From positions 15 to 64,014 of the forward strand of contig CAYWEJ010000002.1 in NCBI GenBank assembly GCA_964457465.1: DNA of 64,000 bases, written 5' to 3'. Shown one piece after another: positions 19,680-30,159 of this stretch; the first letter of the stretch is position 1; each line of letters begins with the position of its first letter. Under the pieces are notes generated by a model. The model was not told where the DNA came from. It saw only the letters and a list, made by a program, of their open reading frames with translations, and made no database searches. Position numbers and translations under genes: made by a program. The stretch is from an uncultured Gammaproteobacteria bacterium. GTDB taxonomy: Bacteria; Patescibacteriota; Microgenomatia; Levybacterales; UBA12049.

Positions 19680-20696
19680 ATGAGAATTTTTCCTAAAAAT
19701 ATTTTTATTCAAAATATAGACTCGTTTTTGTTAAGAGAAAATTTTCTAATATCTTCACTTGGCACAATACTCATCATTAGATTTTTCTTAAAACTTACTA
19801 ACTATCCTCAAATTGGTTCATCGACCTTTCATATTGCCCATTTACTTTGGGGTGGATTTTTCATGCTCGTTAGTTTTTTACTAATTTTTTCATTCTTAAG
19901 CAGAGGAGCAATGAGCTTGAGTTCAGTAGTTGCAGGAGTTGGTTTTGGTGCCTTTATTGATGAGTTGGGAAAATTTATTACTAGAGATAATAACTATTTT
20001 TTTCAGCCAACAATTGCAATTATTTACATTATCTTTATTTCTTTATATATAACTTCTAGATTTTTATCTCAGAGAAAAAATATCTCAAAGCAAGAATATC
20101 TCATTAATGCCATTGATATGATTAAGGAATTTGCACTGAACGACTTAGATAGTTTTGAAAAGAAAAAAGCAATGGAGTATCTTTTGAAAAGCGATCAAGA
20201 AGACCCATTGGTAAAAATTTTAAAGTCTTTTCTGGGTAATGCTCAGACAATAAAGGTATCAGACAGATCCTTGTGGTCTGAAGGTAGGCATTATGTCTCA
20301 GAAAAATATTATCAGTTCACGAGATCTAAAGTTGTGAGAAAATTACTTATTTTTATGTTGATACTTCAGTTGGTAGTTAGTTTATCTCTTGTATCGCGAG
20401 AGTTTACTAACTTGCAGGAGATGAGTATTATCAATTATGGAATTATTCTCTCTACTATTACTTCTGGTATTTTTGTAATCTTGGGCGTGATACTCTTTAC
20501 AGCAAATAAACATACATCATACCTTTTTTTTAAAGTTTCTATTTTAATTTCAATTTTTATTACACAACCATTTTTATTTTACCAGGAACAGCTTTCTGCT
20601 ATCGTTGGACTTCTTGTAAATCTTTTATTGCTTGCGGTTGTTGACTATGCTCTAAATAGAGAAGAAATTTCTATAAATCCTCAATTAGAATCATAG
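19680..20696 (+). CDS. multi-pass membrane protein of unknown function
   Basis: HIAHLLWGG and GFGAFIDELGKFIT motifs, several TM helices; TATAAT-N6-ATG. Confidence 0.8.
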   Translation: MRIFPKNIFIQNIDSFLLRENFLISSLGTILIIRFFLKLTNYPQIGSSTFHIAHLLWGGFFMLVSFLLIFSFLSRGAMSLSSVVAGVGFGAFIDELGKFITRDNNYFFQPTIAIIYIIFISLYITSRFLSQRKNISKQEYLINAIDMIKEFALNDLDSFEKKKAMEYLLKSDQEDPLVKILKSFLGNAQTIKVSDRSLWSEGRHYVSEKYYQFTRSKVVRKLLIFMLILQLVVSLSLVSREFTNLQEMSIINYGIILSTITSGIFVILGVILFTANKHTSYLFFKVSILISIFITQPFLFYQEQLSAIVGLLVNLLLLAVVDYALNREEISINPQLES

Positions 20697-21622
20697 GTCG
20701 TAAAATATTGATAAGTTATTTCTGATATTCTTGCAATTGCTTCCGCTGCTTCCGCTGGGTCTTTTGTTTCACTCATGCCTATAAAAATATAGTCTCCTGT
20801 ATTGTTGAAAACAATCCCCACATCGTGCTTGTATCCATAAAGCTCACCGGTCTTATGCGCAACCTTAACTTTGGTTGGGAGATACTTTGGTATTCGATCA
20901 TTTATCACCTGTCTTTTAAGCAGTGATAGCATTTCATTGCTACTTCCTTCATTTACAAGTTCCTTTCTATACAGTTTTAGAAAAAATGTCGACATATCTT
21001 CAGCTGTTGTTTTTGGTGGACTACCAACCTTTGAAGACAAGAGACCTTGTAGATTCAAAAACTCTTTTAGCTTACTTATGCCCACCGTCTCTGTTAAAAG
21101 AAGAGCTGCATAGTTATCAGAGACTGTAATTGCTTTTTCTAGAGCTTGTTTAACCGTGTACTCGATATCTCCTTCAGACAACTCAGCTTCTTCAGAAGCA
21201 ATATTGAATTCGTCGTTAAGCTTAGGGACAGTTGACGAAAGTTTTGCTTCAAGCGTTAGGTTACCTTTTTCAATTTGATCATAAACAACTACCATAAGCC
21301 ACAACTTATAAAGACTTGCGGAATAGTATATTCGATCAGGGTTATGACGATAGCTTTCACCTGTAGCTAGATTGATGACTATAAAACTGTAAGAACCTGT
21401 TAAAGAATCTAATTCACGTTTAACTTCTTTGTCTAGTCCTGTTGCAAAAAGCGAGTTAGTATTTTGATTATGATCATTAATCCCCTGCACAAGCGGAGAA
21501 GCAAGTGCATGAGAATTTTTTTCTTTTACTATTAGTGAAAAGAGTATAGTCGAACCTGCAAGTAGTAAAAAAAATAGAGAGGAAAAAAAAGCTAGTCCTT
21601 TGATGATTTTCACTTTACACAT
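20681..21622 (-). CDS. class A beta-lactamase-like serine hydrolase (membrane-anchored)
   Basis: SxxK (ASLYK), SDN, HKTG motifs; N-terminal TM. Confidence 0.88.
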   Translation of the reverse strand: MCKVKIIKGLAFFSSLFFLLLAGSTILFSLIVKEKNSHALASPLVQGINDHNQNTNSLFATGLDKEVKRELDSLTGSYSFIVINLATGESYRHNPDRIYYSASLYKLWLMVVVYDQIEKGNLTLEAKLSSTVPKLNDEFNIASEEAELSEGDIEYTVKQALEKAITVSDNYAALLLTETVGISKLKEFLNLQGLLSSKVGSPPKTTAEDMSTFFLKLYRKELVNEGSSNEMLSLLKRQVINDRIPKYLPTKVKVAHKTGELYGYKHDVGIVFNNTGDYIFIGMSETKDPAEAAEAIARISEITYQYFTTYDSN

Positions 21623-21680
21623 ACTAACGATCTTAGATAAAATCTTCAACAGGAAAATCAATTAATGATATAATCCATCT

Positions 21681-22688
21681 ATGTTAGTAGATAAAGTAAC
21701 AATAACAGTTAAAGCTGGAGATGGTGGTAATGGAGCTGTTTCATTTAGAAGGAATGAGGGTAATCCCTTCGGAGGTCCAGACGGCGGAAATGGTGGAGAT
21801 GGTGGAGATGTTTATGTTCAGGGAGTTAATGATTTAACTGCATTGTCTCAATTTCAATACAAAAAAAAATGGAAGGCTGATGATGGTGTCGCTGGAAAAA
21901 GAAAGAATCTTTTTGGAAAAAATGCAAATGATCTCACAATATTAGTTCCAGTTGGAACACTCATTACAGATGGAGATGGTAAGCTTGTTGCAGATATTAA
22001 CAAAGAGAGTATAAAAATTCTCCTTGCAAAAGGAGGAAAGGGAGGTAGGGGTAATAATGAGTTTAAATCTGCAACAAACCAGACCCCAAAATACGCAGAG
22101 AAAGGCGAAAAAGGGGATGAGCTCGAACTGCAGCTTGAGTTAAAATTAATCGCTCAGGTTGGGATAATAGGCTTGCCAAACGCTGGTAAAAGCACGCTTT
22201 TGGCTCATCTTACTAACGCAAATCCTAAGATTGGAGACTATCCTTTTACAACACTTGAGCCAAACGTCGGCATGTTAGGTAAATATATGCTTGCTGATAT
22301 CCCTGGATTGATAGAAGGGGCAAGTGAGGGCAAAGGTCTTGGGGTCAAATTTTTAAAGCATATTGAAAAAACGGAGTTTTTGATTCATTGCATTGATGCT
22401 TCAAGCGAGGATGTTGAAAAGAGCTACAAAATAATTATGGACGAACTTGGTTCATTTAATAGTGATCTTTCAAGAAAAAAACAAATAATCCTGTTAACAA
22501 AGAGTGATAAAATATCAAAAGACAATTTGTCTGAAAAAATTGAGATTCTCAAAAAATTTTCTCTAGAAATTTTTACTATCAACATTTATGATCTTGAAAT
22601 AGTTGATACTTTTAAAAAATCTATATTATCGATTCTTGAAGGCTTTTTACCAACTCCCTCCTCCCCCGCCACCAGAGCCACCCCCTGA
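21681..22688 (+). CDS. obgE: GTPase ObgE/CgtA
   Basis: Gly-rich Obg domain, GLPNAGKST, YPFTTLEP, DIPGLIEGA. Confidence 0.97.
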   Translation: MLVDKVTITVKAGDGGNGAVSFRRNEGNPFGGPDGGNGGDGGDVYVQGVNDLTALSQFQYKKKWKADDGVAGKRKNLFGKNANDLTILVPVGTLITDGDGKLVADINKESIKILLAKGGKGGRGNNEFKSATNQTPKYAEKGEKGDELELQLELKLIAQVGIIGLPNAGKSTLLAHLTNANPKIGDYPFTTLEPNVGMLGKYMLADIPGLIEGASEGKGLGVKFLKHIEKTEFLIHCIDASSEDVEKSYKIIMDELGSFNSDLSRKKQIILLTKSDKISKDNLSEKIEILKKFSLEIFTINIYDLEIVDTFKKSILSILEGFLPTPSSPATRATP

Positions 22689-24401
22689 AAATCCTCCACT
22701 TGACGACCCGCTCTTAGAAGGCGTTGCTGCTATTGCGGTTGAAAGAGATTTTGACATTGAACCAATAGACTGAGCAAAGGCAGTTGGAACAAAAGGTGTA
22801 TTTCCTTTGTACCATGTTGGTTCTTGTGGTTTTAAGCCTATGTCTTTCATTGCTTTTGCAAATTTTTCAGTTAAACCAAAGATGATTGCATATGGAAGTA
22901 CTTCATTAAAAAGATTTTTGTTTTCAAAAAATTGTTGTCTATATTTTTCCGCCCCATTAATAAACATTTTATACCCTAGAGATCTTGTGTATAATTCTCG
23001 ACCTTCAGCTGTTCTTCTGGGCATCTTTTGGGAGAGAATCATTGTTGCTATTCCTGTTATGCATAATGATAGTGTTATAACAAGGAGCTTTGGAAAAAGG
23101 AAAAGTAGTCCTAAAGATAAAAATATTCCTCCAGGAAGAGTAGTAAGTAGAATGCCAAAAATAAAATATTTCTTTCTAATTTTTTCAGGATTTTCAACAA
23201 ATAATTTTTGACTAATTACTCTTTCATACAATGTGTTTTTGATTGATGCCAAATCTTGGTAAAATGTATATTTCAGCTCTGAGAGCTTGACGGTTGCATT
23301 ATTTTTAAAAAGTTTTTCCATAAGAAGTAACTCATAATCTAGTAATCCTTTTGTTTTTAATGTAGTTGTAAAGATGTAATCATTCCTACCAAATACCCAA
23401 GTTTTTTTAATTTCTTTAATAGTTATAAATCCTCTTTGGGCAAGGTCTATTAGCGTTGCAGTAACATCAAGTGTATCTGCTTTTTCATCAAGCAGTGCAC
23501 CTATCTCTGCGGGTCTAAGGTTTTGTGGTGGAGTAAATTCTACTACAATTGTCTCGTGTGCTCCTATAGGTTTTATCGAATTTTTTAATGCAATGATCCC
23601 TTGACCTCTCCAGAAGTCTCTACCTTTATTCAGCCATTTCCACAAAATGAGTAAAACACCAAATAATGTTAGCAAAATAAATAAAATCAAATTTTCTTTT
23701 TGAAACAATTTTTCTGAAAAAGTTTTAGGACGAGGGATAGAGAGAATTGGCACTAATCCTTTTTTGAAACCCGCAGCGATTGTGAAGTTTTCTCCAGGAT
23801 AAATTGTATCATTAGAAAACACTGCATATGAGTCAGACTTTTTTAAATCGTTGCAAGAAACATTGGATCCAGTTACTCCTGAATAGCATGCAGTCTGAAT
23901 AAGTCCGGGAGATGGTAGAGTTAAGGTTGCTGAAGCTTTTCGTATTGGAACTTCCCATTCAGATCCAGTAACATTCCAATAAAGCTCATCGTATGAAGAA
24001 TATGGTATTAAGACACCTGAGACAATATATGAAAGCAAGTATGTATGTCTTCCAGATATTGTCTTATCTTCATTCCCAATTTTAATCCTTAGATTTGAAC
24101 TGTTGGATTCTGACTGATATTTTTCAATGTTGCCATCTCTCTTTACGCTGAGGATCTTGATGTGCGTGTATCTTTTTTCACCATTCTCATTCTGATAGGC
24201 ATATGGCATATCGCGATAGATACCATGTTTTTTTAGACTCAAGAAATCTACTGATACAGTCTCTGTTATTGCTACCTCACCTGTTTTCAATATTGAGATA
24301 TCGCTTTGGAAATCAGTAATATCCCATGAAGACTGACTATTAGCTTTGCTGGGATAGCAAATTAACAGAATGAATGAAAAAATAGTTAGAATTTTTTTCA
24401 T
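22647..24401 (-). CDS. DUF2207-like membrane protein
   Basis: HGIYR, DELYWNVTG, LIDLAQRG, LPYAIIFG, Gly/Ser tail GGGGGSW. Confidence 0.85.
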   Translation of the reverse strand: MKKILTIFSFILLICYPSKANSQSSWDITDFQSDISILKTGEVAITETVSVDFLSLKKHGIYRDMPYAYQNENGEKRYTHIKILSVKRDGNIEKYQSESNSSNLRIKIGNEDKTISGRHTYLLSYIVSGVLIPYSSYDELYWNVTGSEWEVPIRKASATLTLPSPGLIQTACYSGVTGSNVSCNDLKKSDSYAVFSNDTIYPGENFTIAAGFKKGLVPILSIPRPKTFSEKLFQKENLILFILLTLFGVLLILWKWLNKGRDFWRGQGIIALKNSIKPIGAHETIVVEFTPPQNLRPAEIGALLDEKADTLDVTATLIDLAQRGFITIKEIKKTWVFGRNDYIFTTTLKTKGLLDYELLLMEKLFKNNATVKLSELKYTFYQDLASIKNTLYERVISQKLFVENPEKIRKKYFIFGILLTTLPGGIFLSLGLLFLFPKLLVITLSLCITGIATMILSQKMPRRTAEGRELYTRSLGYKMFINGAEKYRQQFFENKNLFNEVLPYAIIFGLTEKFAKAMKDIGLKPQEPTWYKGNTPFVPTAFAQSIGSMSKSLSTAIAATPSKSGSSSGGFSGGGSGGGGGGSW

Positions 24402-24469
24402 AACGACAGTATACCATGACAATGCTTCTTGACTATGTTGTCCTTTTTACGTAGTATTAATTTCTACCT

Positions 24470-25012
24470 ATGACAAACGATATAGAAAAGTGTCCTACAT
24501 GTGGTAGTCCACTCAGTGAAGTTATTACAACGTCAACAGGAAGGAAATTGCAACGATGCTCAACGTCTTCCTGGGACGCCGCATCTCGATCTAATACTGG
24601 ATGTGATTATGTAAAGTGGCTCGAAGTAGAACCCGAAATACTTGACGAAAAATGTCCAAAGTGTGGCGCTCCTCTTGTTCTTGCAGTCACACGTTTTGGT
24701 AAAAAGATGAAAAAGTGTAGTACTTCTTCTTGGGACAAGGAGTCAAAAAAAGCAATTGGGTGTGACTATATTGAGTGGATTAACGGCATAACAGAATCAC
24801 TTGATGAGGATTGTCCTGAATGTGGTAAAAAATTAGTCCTTTTTACCACAAGTGCAGGTAAAAAGATGAAAAAGTGTAGTACATCCGGATGGGATAAGGC
24901 AGCTCGTAAAGCAACAGGGTGCCCCTATGTTTACTGGCTAAAGCCTCATGAATATACTCGATCAGATAGTACAGGTGAAGAATTTCTTCCCCCAGAACCT
25001 ACTGAAGAATAA
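24470..25012 (+). CDS. stand-alone protein of three topoisomerase-C4-like zinc-ribbon repeats
   Basis: 3x CPxCG...CSTSxWD...GCxYxxW. Confidence 0.8.
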   Translation: MTNDIEKCPTCGSPLSEVITTSTGRKLQRCSTSSWDAASRSNTGCDYVKWLEVEPEILDEKCPKCGAPLVLAVTRFGKKMKKCSTSSWDKESKKAIGCDYIEWINGITESLDEDCPECGKKLVLFTTSAGKKMKKCSTSGWDKAARKATGCPYVYWLKPHEYTRSDSTGEEFLPPEPTEE

Positions 25013-25049
25013 CCTCGTTTTTTTATAAATTTTCAGTCATAATATTTTT

Positions 25050-25910
25050 ATGGCCAGAAATGAATCGCAACGAAAGATTGATATTGTACTACCAAGAAAT
25101 AGAAGATTTTTATCACAAAAATTTTTTATCGCAATATCAATCTTTGGCATTTCCCTCTTTTTAATTTTTTATCCATATACAACAGCAATTCTTGGTACTG
25201 GAGGAGATATAGATACAAAAAAAAGAGAAATAGCTGTAAACACGAATGATAATTTATTCGAAAATAATAGCTTATTGAACCAAACCCCAAAAATAGCAGA
25301 AAAAAATATTTCTTTTGGAATTATTTCTCTCAAAAGCTCATCATATATTTATGATAATTTACAAAATGCAGCAAATGCGCCAAGAGATGAAGGTCTTACT
25401 AGTTCAGGTCAGCCACCTCAGAACAACTTTTCTATAAAAGAAGTATGGTCTAATCCATTTGCTTTCGCTTCAAAGCTAGCAGTCACAACAAAAAACACCT
25501 GGGTAAATGATGGGAGAAAATCAACACTTATTAAATTAATTGATAGTATTTCTCGCTATTATATTAGTTATGGAAAATTTCCTGTCTTGGATAAAAATAG
25601 CAGTGAGCTCACCTACGACTGGGTTACTGAGATGGTGGATAAGAATGAGATGTCTGGCGTATATGAATACGTTTTAAAAACTACAGCTCCAGTATCATAT
25701 TGTGGAACTTCTGAACAAACGGGTTATTGTTTTCAAACTGACAACAAAAATGCAATTCTTTATGTTAGGCTCGAAAAGTTCGGTGATAGCGTTATATGCG
25801 AAGAAGGAGATGTATTTTTTTTGTGGTCTTCACTTGATAACAAGCTGGGATCTGTGTGCTTAGACGAACTGCCGGTGGATATGGGAGGGTTTGAATATTT
25901 TATCTATTGA
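25050..25910 (+). CDS. hypothetical membrane-anchored protein, C-terminal pseudopilin-like segment
   Basis: N-terminal TM; DGRKS..I..YYISYGKFP; paired Cys. Confidence 0.6.
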   Translation: MARNESQRKIDIVLPRNRRFLSQKFFIAISIFGISLFLIFYPYTTAILGTGGDIDTKKREIAVNTNDNLFENNSLLNQTPKIAEKNISFGIISLKSSSYIYDNLQNAANAPRDEGLTSSGQPPQNNFSIKEVWSNPFAFASKLAVTTKNTWVNDGRKSTLIKLIDSISRYYISYGKFPVLDKNSSELTYDWVTEMVDKNEMSGVYEYVLKTTAPVSYCGTSEQTGYCFQTDNKNAILYVRLEKFGDSVICEEGDVFFLWSSLDNKLGSVCLDELPVDMGGFEYFIY

Positions 25911-26325
25911 TTAAATTTGGATATTTTTTTAAAACCTTAAGTGTTGCAATAAGCATATCAGAATAGCTATCAGTAGGTTCGTTATGAATAGGTATCCATT
26001 GATAAGCCCTGTGCTCTTCGCTAAGAATGATATCTTTTTTTACATATTTACAAAGATAAGAAATTCTTATCATATGCTCATTTTTTTTAGATGAGAAATC
26101 AGATACTGTGGCAAGAGGATAAAGAGGCAATGTTTCAACGCCTATTTCTTCAAAAACCTCTCTTACAGTTGCATCAAGTGGGTTTTCGTTCATTTCCACA
26201 GACCCTCCGGGAAATTCCCACATCAAAGGAAAAGTGTCATGTTGTGCTCTCTGAACAATGAGAATTTCATCATGAGGATTTATAAGCACCCCATATACAG
26301 TAATGAGGTGCAGTTTGTTGTTCAT
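25900..26325 (-). CDS. NUDIX hydrolase (MutT-like)
   Basis: WEFPGG...REVFEEIG Nudix box. Confidence 0.9.
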   Translation of the reverse strand: MNNKLHLITVYGVLINPHDEILIVQRAQHDTFPLMWEFPGGSVEMNENPLDATVREVFEEIGVETLPLYPLATVSDFSSKKNEHMIRISYLCKYVKKDIILSEEHRAYQWIPIHNEPTDSYSDMLIATLKVLKKYPNLINR

Positions 26326-26349
26326 CTCGATATTATACGTCTTTATGTA

Positions 26350-27480
26350 CTATAAAGAAACAAGGTGTAATTCCTTTTTGATAGACAAAACTACCTCAGA
26401 TACGTAATTGTCTTTTGTCGAGACGAAGATGGGATTTCTTGTTGCGTAGAATTTTTTAATCTCCATTTGCTTTTTTTTTGATATTAAATCTAGCTTGTTA
26501 AATACTAATAACATTGGCTTTGATTTACCTGTTAGGTCGTTGATAATACGGTCAACTGTTTTTATTTTGAACTCCATATCGTCATCGCTGCTATCAACGA
26601 TATGGAGTAAAAGATCTGAATGAATTGACTCTAATAGGGTTGAGTTAAATGACTTAATTAAGCTTGCTGGTAGGTTGCGAATAAATCCAATAGTATCAGT
26701 TATGAGAATTTTTTTGTTTGTATTTTCAAAAGTATACTCTCCTGCCTTGCTATCAAGAGTAGCAAAGAGGGCGTCTTTTATAAATGTTGATTTACCTGTA
26801 AGCATTGTAAATACAGATGATTTTCCAGCGTTGGTATAACCAACGAGTGAGATCGTGTAGATACCAAGTCTTTTTCTTCTTTCAATTTGTAGCATTTTAT
26901 TTAGGTGAATCTTTTGTAATTTTTGTTCAGAGTTTTTAACTTGTTTTCTCCAATGCCTTTTCATAAGTTCAGTATTTGTTTCTCCAATTCCTCGAGTACC
27001 GATGCTTCCACCCTGCCTAGATAGAACATGTCCCATGCCGTAGATTCGAGGCCCCATGTGCTTCATTGCAGCCAGTTCGATTTGTAGACGCGCTTCTGTA
27101 GTGTCGGCGTGTTGTAAGAATATTTGTAAGATAAGATCTATCCTATCCCATACCTCAATTTTTGGATTTTTATAATGCAGTGACTTTTTTATATCAAAAA
27201 TGTGACCAGGTTTTACGATGTCATTAAGGATTACAACGTCGATTTTTTTAGAGAAAATAATGTCATTAATTTCTTTTATTTTTCCTGTGCCTAGGTATAA
27301 TCCTTTATCATGCACCTCTCTTTTTTGGAGAACATATTCAGCAACTTTACCTCCATATGATTTAACCAATTCTGAAGTTTCTTTAAGATTGTAAAATGCC
27401 TCTTCATCAGTGACTGTTTTTGGAATAATACTAGCGATTAAAAATTTTTGTGGAAAAATATGAGTTGATTGTGTCATCAT
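26350..27480 (-). CDS. hflX: GTPase HflX
   Basis: GTRGIGET, GYTNAGKSS, FATLD, DTIGFI, NKLD. Confidence 0.95.
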   Translation of the reverse strand: MMTQSTHIFPQKFLIASIIPKTVTDEEAFYNLKETSELVKSYGGKVAEYVLQKREVHDKGLYLGTGKIKEINDIIFSKKIDVVILNDIVKPGHIFDIKKSLHYKNPKIEVWDRIDLILQIFLQHADTTEARLQIELAAMKHMGPRIYGMGHVLSRQGGSIGTRGIGETNTELMKRHWRKQVKNSEQKLQKIHLNKMLQIERRKRLGIYTISLVGYTNAGKSSVFTMLTGKSTFIKDALFATLDSKAGEYTFENTNKKILITDTIGFIRNLPASLIKSFNSTLLESIHSDLLLHIVDSSDDDMEFKIKTVDRIINDLTGKSKPMLLVFNKLDLISKKKQMEIKKFYATRNPIFVSTKDNYVSEVVLSIKKELHLVSL

Positions 27481-28157
27481 GATGCTTTTTTAAAGAATGA
27501 AGAGACTGTGTATAAGAAGAGAAGGAGAGCAAGATTAGCTCCGATAGGAAAAAGAAGATAGTAACACCCTTTTGAAATTGTCGATATGAATGTCGGGCTT
27601 AGCGCATGAGAGATTTCTTCGACTGATATTCTAACCCCCGCAATATAACCAAATATTGTTAAGACAACAATAAGAACGATAAGAAATGTAGCTCCTTCAA
27701 GATCTTTTTTACTTGAGAACATAGTATTGCCAATCTCAAATAGGATATAGAATAGAAGAGCACTCATGAATGGGGTGCTCCAGAGATTCTGACTTTCAAA
27801 AACGAAAAGAGAGAAAAGTATCAGAGACGTTCCTGTAAAAAAGGGCGATAATCCGATGAGTATCCTTCTTAAAGGATCAGTTCTGCCAATCTCAACACTC
27901 CCTAATTTTACATAATCGTCTTCTCTTTCTGGGAGTAGTGATATTTTTCCTGTATGTACAAATAATAATCGTGCAGCCAGATAATGAGATAATTCATGAA
28001 CCACTGTTCCTGGTAAAAAAAGAAAAGCTAAGACGTGGATTGTAATTGGAAGACTTTTAGTCGTTTGGTAAAGCACGAATGACAGTTTTTTTTGTATGAA
28101 TCTTGACAGCAAAAAAAGCACAGAAAGCTCTATGAGGAATAGAGCAATTTTTTCCAT
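27477..28157 (-). CDS. M50-like membrane zinc metalloprotease
   Basis: PGTVVHELSH (HExxH), multiple TM. Confidence 0.7.
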   Translation of the reverse strand: MEKIALFLIELSVLFLLSRFIQKKLSFVLYQTTKSLPITIHVLAFLFLPGTVVHELSHYLAARLLFVHTGKISLLPEREDDYVKLGSVEIGRTDPLRRILIGLSPFFTGTSLILFSLFVFESQNLWSTPFMSALLFYILFEIGNTMFSSKKDLEGATFLIVLIVVLTIFGYIAGVRISVEEISHALSPTFISTISKGCYYLLFPIGANLALLLFLYTVSSFFKKAS

Positions 28158-28158
28158 A

Positions 28159-28638
28159 TTATAAATTTGGTTTTGGTGATTGATTTTGGGAGGAGTCGTT
28201 TACGCTTAGGAGTTCAATTTCAAATACAAGCGTTGAGTTTGCAGGTATAGCTCCATTTGCTTGATTTCCATAACCAAGTTCTGGTGGAATTGTTAATTTT
28301 CTTTTTCCTCCCTCTTTCATTCCTACAACTCCCTGATCCCAGCCTTTAATTACCTCTCCTGAGCCTATTTTAAAAGTAAATGGTTGTTTTCTGTCATATG
28401 AACTATCAAACTTTTTTCCATCAGTAAGTGTTCCTGTGTATTGCACTGTCACTGTGCTTCCTGCTTTTGCTTCTATTCCTGTTCCTTGTTTTTCTTCCTG
28501 GATAATAACTTGTGGTTCTTTTGTGGAGTTAATTGATACCTGATCTTTACCAGCTTCTTTTCGTGGCATGTTGATAACAACAAGTCCTATACTATATATA
28601 ATTAGAATTGCTACGCAGAAATAAATAATCCTTTTCAT
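28159..28638 (-). CDS. FKBP-type peptidyl-prolyl isomerase
   Basis: YTGTLTDGKKFDSS, VIKGWDQG, IPPELGYG; start moved to 28638. Confidence 0.95.
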   Translation of the reverse strand: MKRIIYFCVAILIIYSIGLVVINMPRKEAGKDQVSINSTKEPQVIIQEEKQGTGIEAKAGSTVTVQYTGTLTDGKKFDSSYDRKQPFTFKIGSGEVIKGWDQGVVGMKEGGKRKLTIPPELGYGNQANGAIPANSTLVFEIELLSVNDSSQNQSPKPNL

Positions 28639-28689
28639 TTTTTGTATTGTACAAGAAAGAAATAAAAAAGTGTAGAGATATGTTATCAT

Positions 28690-29547
28690 ATGCAGGTGAA
28701 GATTTTGGATACTAAAGGGTGGAGGGATTATGAGCTTTTAGATAGTGGAAGAGGTTATAGACTAGAGCGCTTTGGGGATTATGTTATAGCTAAGCCAGAC
28801 CCGCAAGCGATTTGGGAGAGAAAACTTTCTGAAGAAAATTGGAAAAAATCAGACGCTTTTTTCAACAAGAATACAAACACATGGGAGAAAAATAAATTAT
28901 TTCCTGAAAAATGGAAACTTTCTTATAAGAACCTATCTTTTATCGCAAAACTTACTCCCTTTAAGCATACGGGGATTTTTCCTGAACAGCACATAAACTG
29001 GGATTTTATAGAAGAAAAAGTTACAGCTCGTAAAGGATGTTCTGTGCTAAATTTATTTGGCTATACGGGTGTGGCATCGTTGGTTGCTGCTCTGGGCGGA
29101 GCAAAGGTTACTCACGTTGATGCTTCAAAGTCTTCAGTCACTTGGGCGAGAGATAATCAGGCAGCATCTGGCCTAGGAGATAAGCCAATTCGTTGGATTT
29201 TGGATGATGCAACTAAATTTGTTGCTAGGGAAATACGTCGTGGCAACAAGTATGATGCAATTATTATGGATCCTCCCGTTTATGGGCATGGACCAGAGGG
29301 TGAGCTTTGGGATTTTCTAAAAAGTTTTCCTGAGTTAGTAAAGTTATCTTCCCAAATTCTATCGTCAGATCCTTTATTTTTTCTTATTAACGCCTATGCA
29401 ATATCATCTTCGGCTCTCATGCTTCAAAATGTGCTTCGGGACTGGATAGGTGAAGGAGAAGTTGAGGTTGGTGAGCTAGCGTTGAGAGAAAAATCAGGAG
29501 ATCGACTGCTGTCCACAGGCATTTTTGCCCGATGGTCAACTAAGTAA
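28690..29547 (+). CDS. class I SAM-dependent methyltransferase (RlmI/RlmK-like)
   Basis: GIFPEQ, LNLFGYTG, VTHVDAS, IIMDPP. Confidence 0.88.
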   Translation: MQVKILDTKGWRDYELLDSGRGYRLERFGDYVIAKPDPQAIWERKLSEENWKKSDAFFNKNTNTWEKNKLFPEKWKLSYKNLSFIAKLTPFKHTGIFPEQHINWDFIEEKVTARKGCSVLNLFGYTGVASLVAALGGAKVTHVDASKSSVTWARDNQAASGLGDKPIRWILDDATKFVAREIRRGNKYDAIIMDPPVYGHGPEGELWDFLKSFPELVKLSSQILSSDPLFFLINAYAISSSALMLQNVLRDWIGEGEVEVGELALREKSGDRLLSTGIFARWSTK

Positions 29548-30066
29548 TCCCGCTGCTACAAAAGCTGCCAGCGTAGCATTAGCTCGCCATTCTCCTTGAG
29601 AAATCTCAGATTTCAATTTTGAAAGAGATATAACCCGTTGCGAAAGACTCTCATTACTTTCAAGTTTTATTGGTTGTGTTTTAGTTACGCCAACTGCTTT
29701 TATAAAATGAACTCTGTGAGAGTCTTTGGTGGGATAATCATAATACTCCCCAAGATATTGCCAGTCCCCTCCGGTATAGCCTGTTTCTTCAGCGAGCTCT
29801 CTTTTTGCTGACTCAATTGGTTCCTCATTTTTTTCTATATGTCCAGCAGGGAGAGTGTGGATAGTTGTATCGATAGCATATTTGTATTCATCAATGGTTA
29901 CAATATTATTTTCTGCGTCGATTGCAACTATCATTGAGAAGCTGGGTTTTTCAATAACTGAATAGTCAGGGATAATACTTCCATTTGGAAGTTCTACTTT
30001 ATCTTCATAAACTTTAAGAAATGTAGTGTCGATAACTACTTTACGATTGAGTCTTTTCCATGACAT
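29536..30066 (-). CDS. NUDIX hydrolase (ADP-ribose pyrophosphatase-like)
   Basis: LPAGHIEKNEEPIESAKRELAEETGY. Confidence 0.9.
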   Translation of the reverse strand: MSWKRLNRKVVIDTTFLKVYEDKVELPNGSIIPDYSVIEKPSFSMIVAIDAENNIVTIDEYKYAIDTTIHTLPAGHIEKNEEPIESAKRELAEETGYTGGDWQYLGEYYDYPTKDSHRVHFIKAVGVTKTQPIKLESNESLSQRVISLSKLKSEISQGEWRANATLAAFVAAGLLS

Positions 30067-30088
30067 ACGTGGAGTATAGCATGCTTTG

Positions 30089-30159
30089 TCGGGGATCGGA
30101 GAATTGAACTCCGGTCACACGGACCCCATCCGCGCATTCTACCGTTAAACTAATCCCCG
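30089..30159 (-). tRNA. tRNA-Pro(GGG), CCA not encoded
   Basis: Cloverleaf: acceptor CGGGGAT/ATCCCCG + A73, anticodon arm CGCGG-ATGGGGT-CCGTG, T arm CGGAG-TTCAATT-CTCCG. Confidence 0.96.

Noticed and set aside
22647-22688. 42-bp convergent overlap of obgE and the DUF2207 gene
   Set aside because: Short convergent overlaps are frequent in this compact window; the Obg tail is the antisense of the Gly-rich tail.
30122-30128. A32-U38 in the tRNA anticodon loop
   Set aside because: This is the normal pattern for tRNA-Pro(GGG).
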